Assembly: GCA_026025795.1 (NCBI GenBank)
Contig: JAPEUG010000017.1
Span: 1 to 64,000, forward strand
DNA length: 64,000 nucleotides
Direction: 5' to 3'
DNA from: Thelocarpon superellum
Lineage: Eukaryota
Shown here: positions 61,985 to 64,000 of the stretch, in pieces
Position numbering within the stretch: the first letter of the stretch is position 1
Layout of the letters: every line of letters begins with the position of its first letter
Translations under genes and position numbers: made by a program
The notes under the pieces: model-generated
Told to the model about the DNA's origin: nothing
Seen by the model: only the letters and a program-made list of their open reading frames with translations
The model's database searches: none

Positions 61985-62299
61985 CGTGCCTGTCGTATGT
62001 GCGGGGTCTTCTATCGTTGATGTGGGACGGGGTGGCGTAAGCTCAACGGTCGGAGGAAAGAGGAAGAAGAAGACGAAGAGCTGAAGGAAGAGATGTGACT
62101 GAGAGGTGGCGTGTTATGTCCACCTGCCGCAGCTAGCGCGTAAACAACTCTCGCGTCGACGCCAGCTCCCATAGCAACATCGGTGAATTGAAGCAATTGC
62201 TAGAAGCATCGCGAAAAATTGACACGCGTTCTATCGTAGCCATAACAATCGTATTGACAACACGTCTCCCCCCCTTCCATAGCCACCGACCCCGGTGGC

Positions 62300-64000
62300 T
62301 CAGTGTTCCACCTCGCGTAGGTCTAGTGCCCGTTGCTCCGGAATACCCGCCCGTGCCATGCTCCCCCGCTCGTAGATCGTTGAGACGCCGATGAAACCGA
62401 GATCGTTCTGCCGTGGGTAATACACCTTCATGTCATCGATGTGGTACCGCTTCTCATTTCCACCGTAGAGATCTCTCACGTAGCCCGAGACTCCTGACGA
62501 GGTCAGTCTGGTGAGCAGCCTCGGTCCGAACCATTTCGCATCGAGCTTTCTGCCGTAGTCCTTGTCCAAGCTCATGTCCCGGATGAGCACTAAGTCTCCG
62601 ACCTTAGGCGTCGTCCACATGGGGTTCTTCGCCTTTTCCATACGCGTATGTGATCTAGCGACCGCGAGCACCGCGTGCTCCCGTTGCTCATCGCGTCGTG
62701 CGATATGGAAACCCCAAGCTTCCATAGGGAAGTTATCCGCTTCCTCGAGCGTCACATGGTACGGTGGATCGTCGTCGCGATGCGTCCAGGCCGGTCTGAA
62801 TCCGAGCATCACCTCCGCGGGGGTGAACCCGTGCACCCGTACCAATCTCGTGTTGATATCGAGAGCCGCTTTCGGTAACGCTCTCCCCCATAGCGATCTC
62901 GACGGTAAGCCTCGCTCGAGCACCCACTTCCGTAGCTGGCTTATCACCAACTGAACGCTTCGCTCTGCCAGTCCCACTGACGCTGGATGAGATACCGGCG
63001 CAAGGTAGTACCGTGTCCCGTGTGACTCGAACAGGGCTTGCACCTCTGACCCCGTAAAGTGGGTCCCGTTGTCCGAGTAAACCGTCTTTGGCCACCCGTA
63101 GCAAGGACTTAGTCGATTGACCCACATGTCGTGGACCGCTTCCTGGTTGGCATGAGCGTACGGCTGTAGCCACAGCATCCGGCTGAAATAGTCGATGACG
63201 ATGAGCACATATCTGGCTCCCGTAGCCTCACACATCGGAGAGATCGGTCCGAGGAAGTCCATTCCTACCATATCGTATGGTTGGAAGTGTTGTATGGGCT
63301 TGAGGATCGCGGACTTTTTCCGTGGCCCCGTGTACTGGCATGCTTCACACGTACGGCAGTGCTTCTCGACGTCGTTCACTCGGGTCGGCCAGTAGTAGTT
63401 GCCCACCAGCTTCTCTAAGGTAACGGCCTTTGCGAAATGGCCGTGTTCCTCGTGAGCCCACTGTAGCGCTCTGGAGCACTCTTGCTCGACCAGGCACTTC
63501 GGTCGCGTGCCATTCGTCTCACGGTAAAGGAGCGCGGTGTCGGTGAGGTGGAACCGTAAGGATTGTCGTCGCAGCGCTCTGATCTCGCTCTCACCGCATC
63601 CCATCTGCCGTAGACCCTCCGTGCCTTCGGTAAGGAAGACGACGAGCTTGCTGTACCACTTGCTTCGCTCATACTTCTCGAGCTTAGCCGTCCTGATGAC
63701 CTGCGGTGGCTTCACCTCCACTTCCTCGGTCCCTTCCATAGGCTCGCTGCCTTCTCCGGTAAGTATCGCCGGCATGGCCATACGCTCCGTGTCTTCTGCG
63801 CGGGGTATGGTGGTGTAGGATCGCGGCATCCGTGACATCCCGTCGGCTATGCTCATGATATTCGCCTTGCCTGGTCGGTGGTGGATCTCGATGTCGTATT
63901 CCGTCAATCGATCGAGCCAGCGCGCCAGTCTCCCGTGGGAGTCAGTCCCGTTCCGCAGGATCGATGTGAGTGCCTCGTGGTCGGTGTAGACCTTCGTGGG
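62300..64000 (-). CDS. pol: Ty3/Gypsy Pol, partial: RNase H C-terminus + integrase
   Basis: Frame is open to the window edge. VYTDHEAL..GRLARWLDRLTEYDIEIHHRPGK.N..ADGMSR (RNase H), HEEHGHF..CRTCEAC (HHCC), GMDFLGP / YSDNGTHF / GLAERSV (DDE), KWFGP (GPY/F-like). No chromodomain. Confidence 0.95.
   Translation of the reverse strand, partial: PTKVYTDHEALTSILRNGTDSHGRLARWLDRLTEYDIEIHHRPGKANIMSIADGMSRMPRSYTTIPRAEDTERMAMPAILTGEGSEPMEGTEEVEVKPPQVIRTAKLEKYERSKWYSKLVVFLTEGTEGLRQMGCGESEIRALRRQSLRFHLTDTALLYRETNGTRPKCLVEQECSRALQWAHEEHGHFAKAVTLEKLVGNYYWPTRVNDVEKHCRTCEACQYTGPRKKSAILKPIQHFQPYDMVGMDFLGPISPMCEATGARYVLIVIDYFSRMLWLQPYAHANQEAVHDMWVNRLSPCYGWPKTVYSDNGTHFTGSEVQALFESHGTRYYLAPVSHPASVGLAERSVQLVISQLRKWVLERGLPSRSLWGRALPKAALDINTRLVRVHGFTPAEVMLGFRPAWTHRDDDPPYHVTLEEADNFPMEAWGFHIARRDEQREHAVLAVARSHTRMEKAKNPMWTTPKVGDLVLIRDMSLDKDYGRKLDAKWFGPRLLTRLTSSGVSGYVRDLYGGNEKRYHIDDMKVYYPRQNDLGFIGVSTIYERGSMARAGIPEQRALDLREVEH

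Larger units (their letters stand above)
59019..64000 (-). mobile_element. Ty3/Gypsy LTR retrotransposon, 3' portion, carrying an extra ORF
   Basis: RH-before-IN domain order, then PPT, extra ORF, second PPT and an LTR-like segment. Confidence 0.75.

Overview
GC-rich eukaryotic DNA from a filamentous ascomycete (Pezizomycotina-type), judged from short GT-AG introns with CTRAY branch points and fungal gene content. A conserved core at about 6-43 kb holds VPS13, a DUF3429/TMEM69 membrane protein, a 55-aa Cys-rich microprotein, glycerol kinase, YME1, a four-finger C2H2 transcription factor, ERG27 and two large uncharacterised proteins. TFIP11/NTR1 lies further right at about 50.6-52.9 kb. The left accessory region (1-6 kb) has a spliced orphan gene between tandem-repeat arrays, an 86-bp TG..CA element with a 4-bp TSD, and a 5-exon NYN/PIN-like plus CCCH gene between two AT-rich islands that look like decayed inverted repeats. 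The right accessory region (44-64 kb) has a GNAT, a GT71 mannosyltransferase, two secreted Cys-containing proteins, a second copy of the tiny TG..CA element, a nuclease-like pseudogene and the 3' part of an intact Ty3/Gypsy retrotransposon. The two most notable signals are (i) an extra 826-aa non-env ORF between the Gypsy integrase and its probable 3' LTR, bracketed by two near-identical polypurine tracts, and (ii) the 86-90-bp mobile element family carrying a double-CACGTG hairpin. All family assignments come from motif recognition by eye, without database searches.
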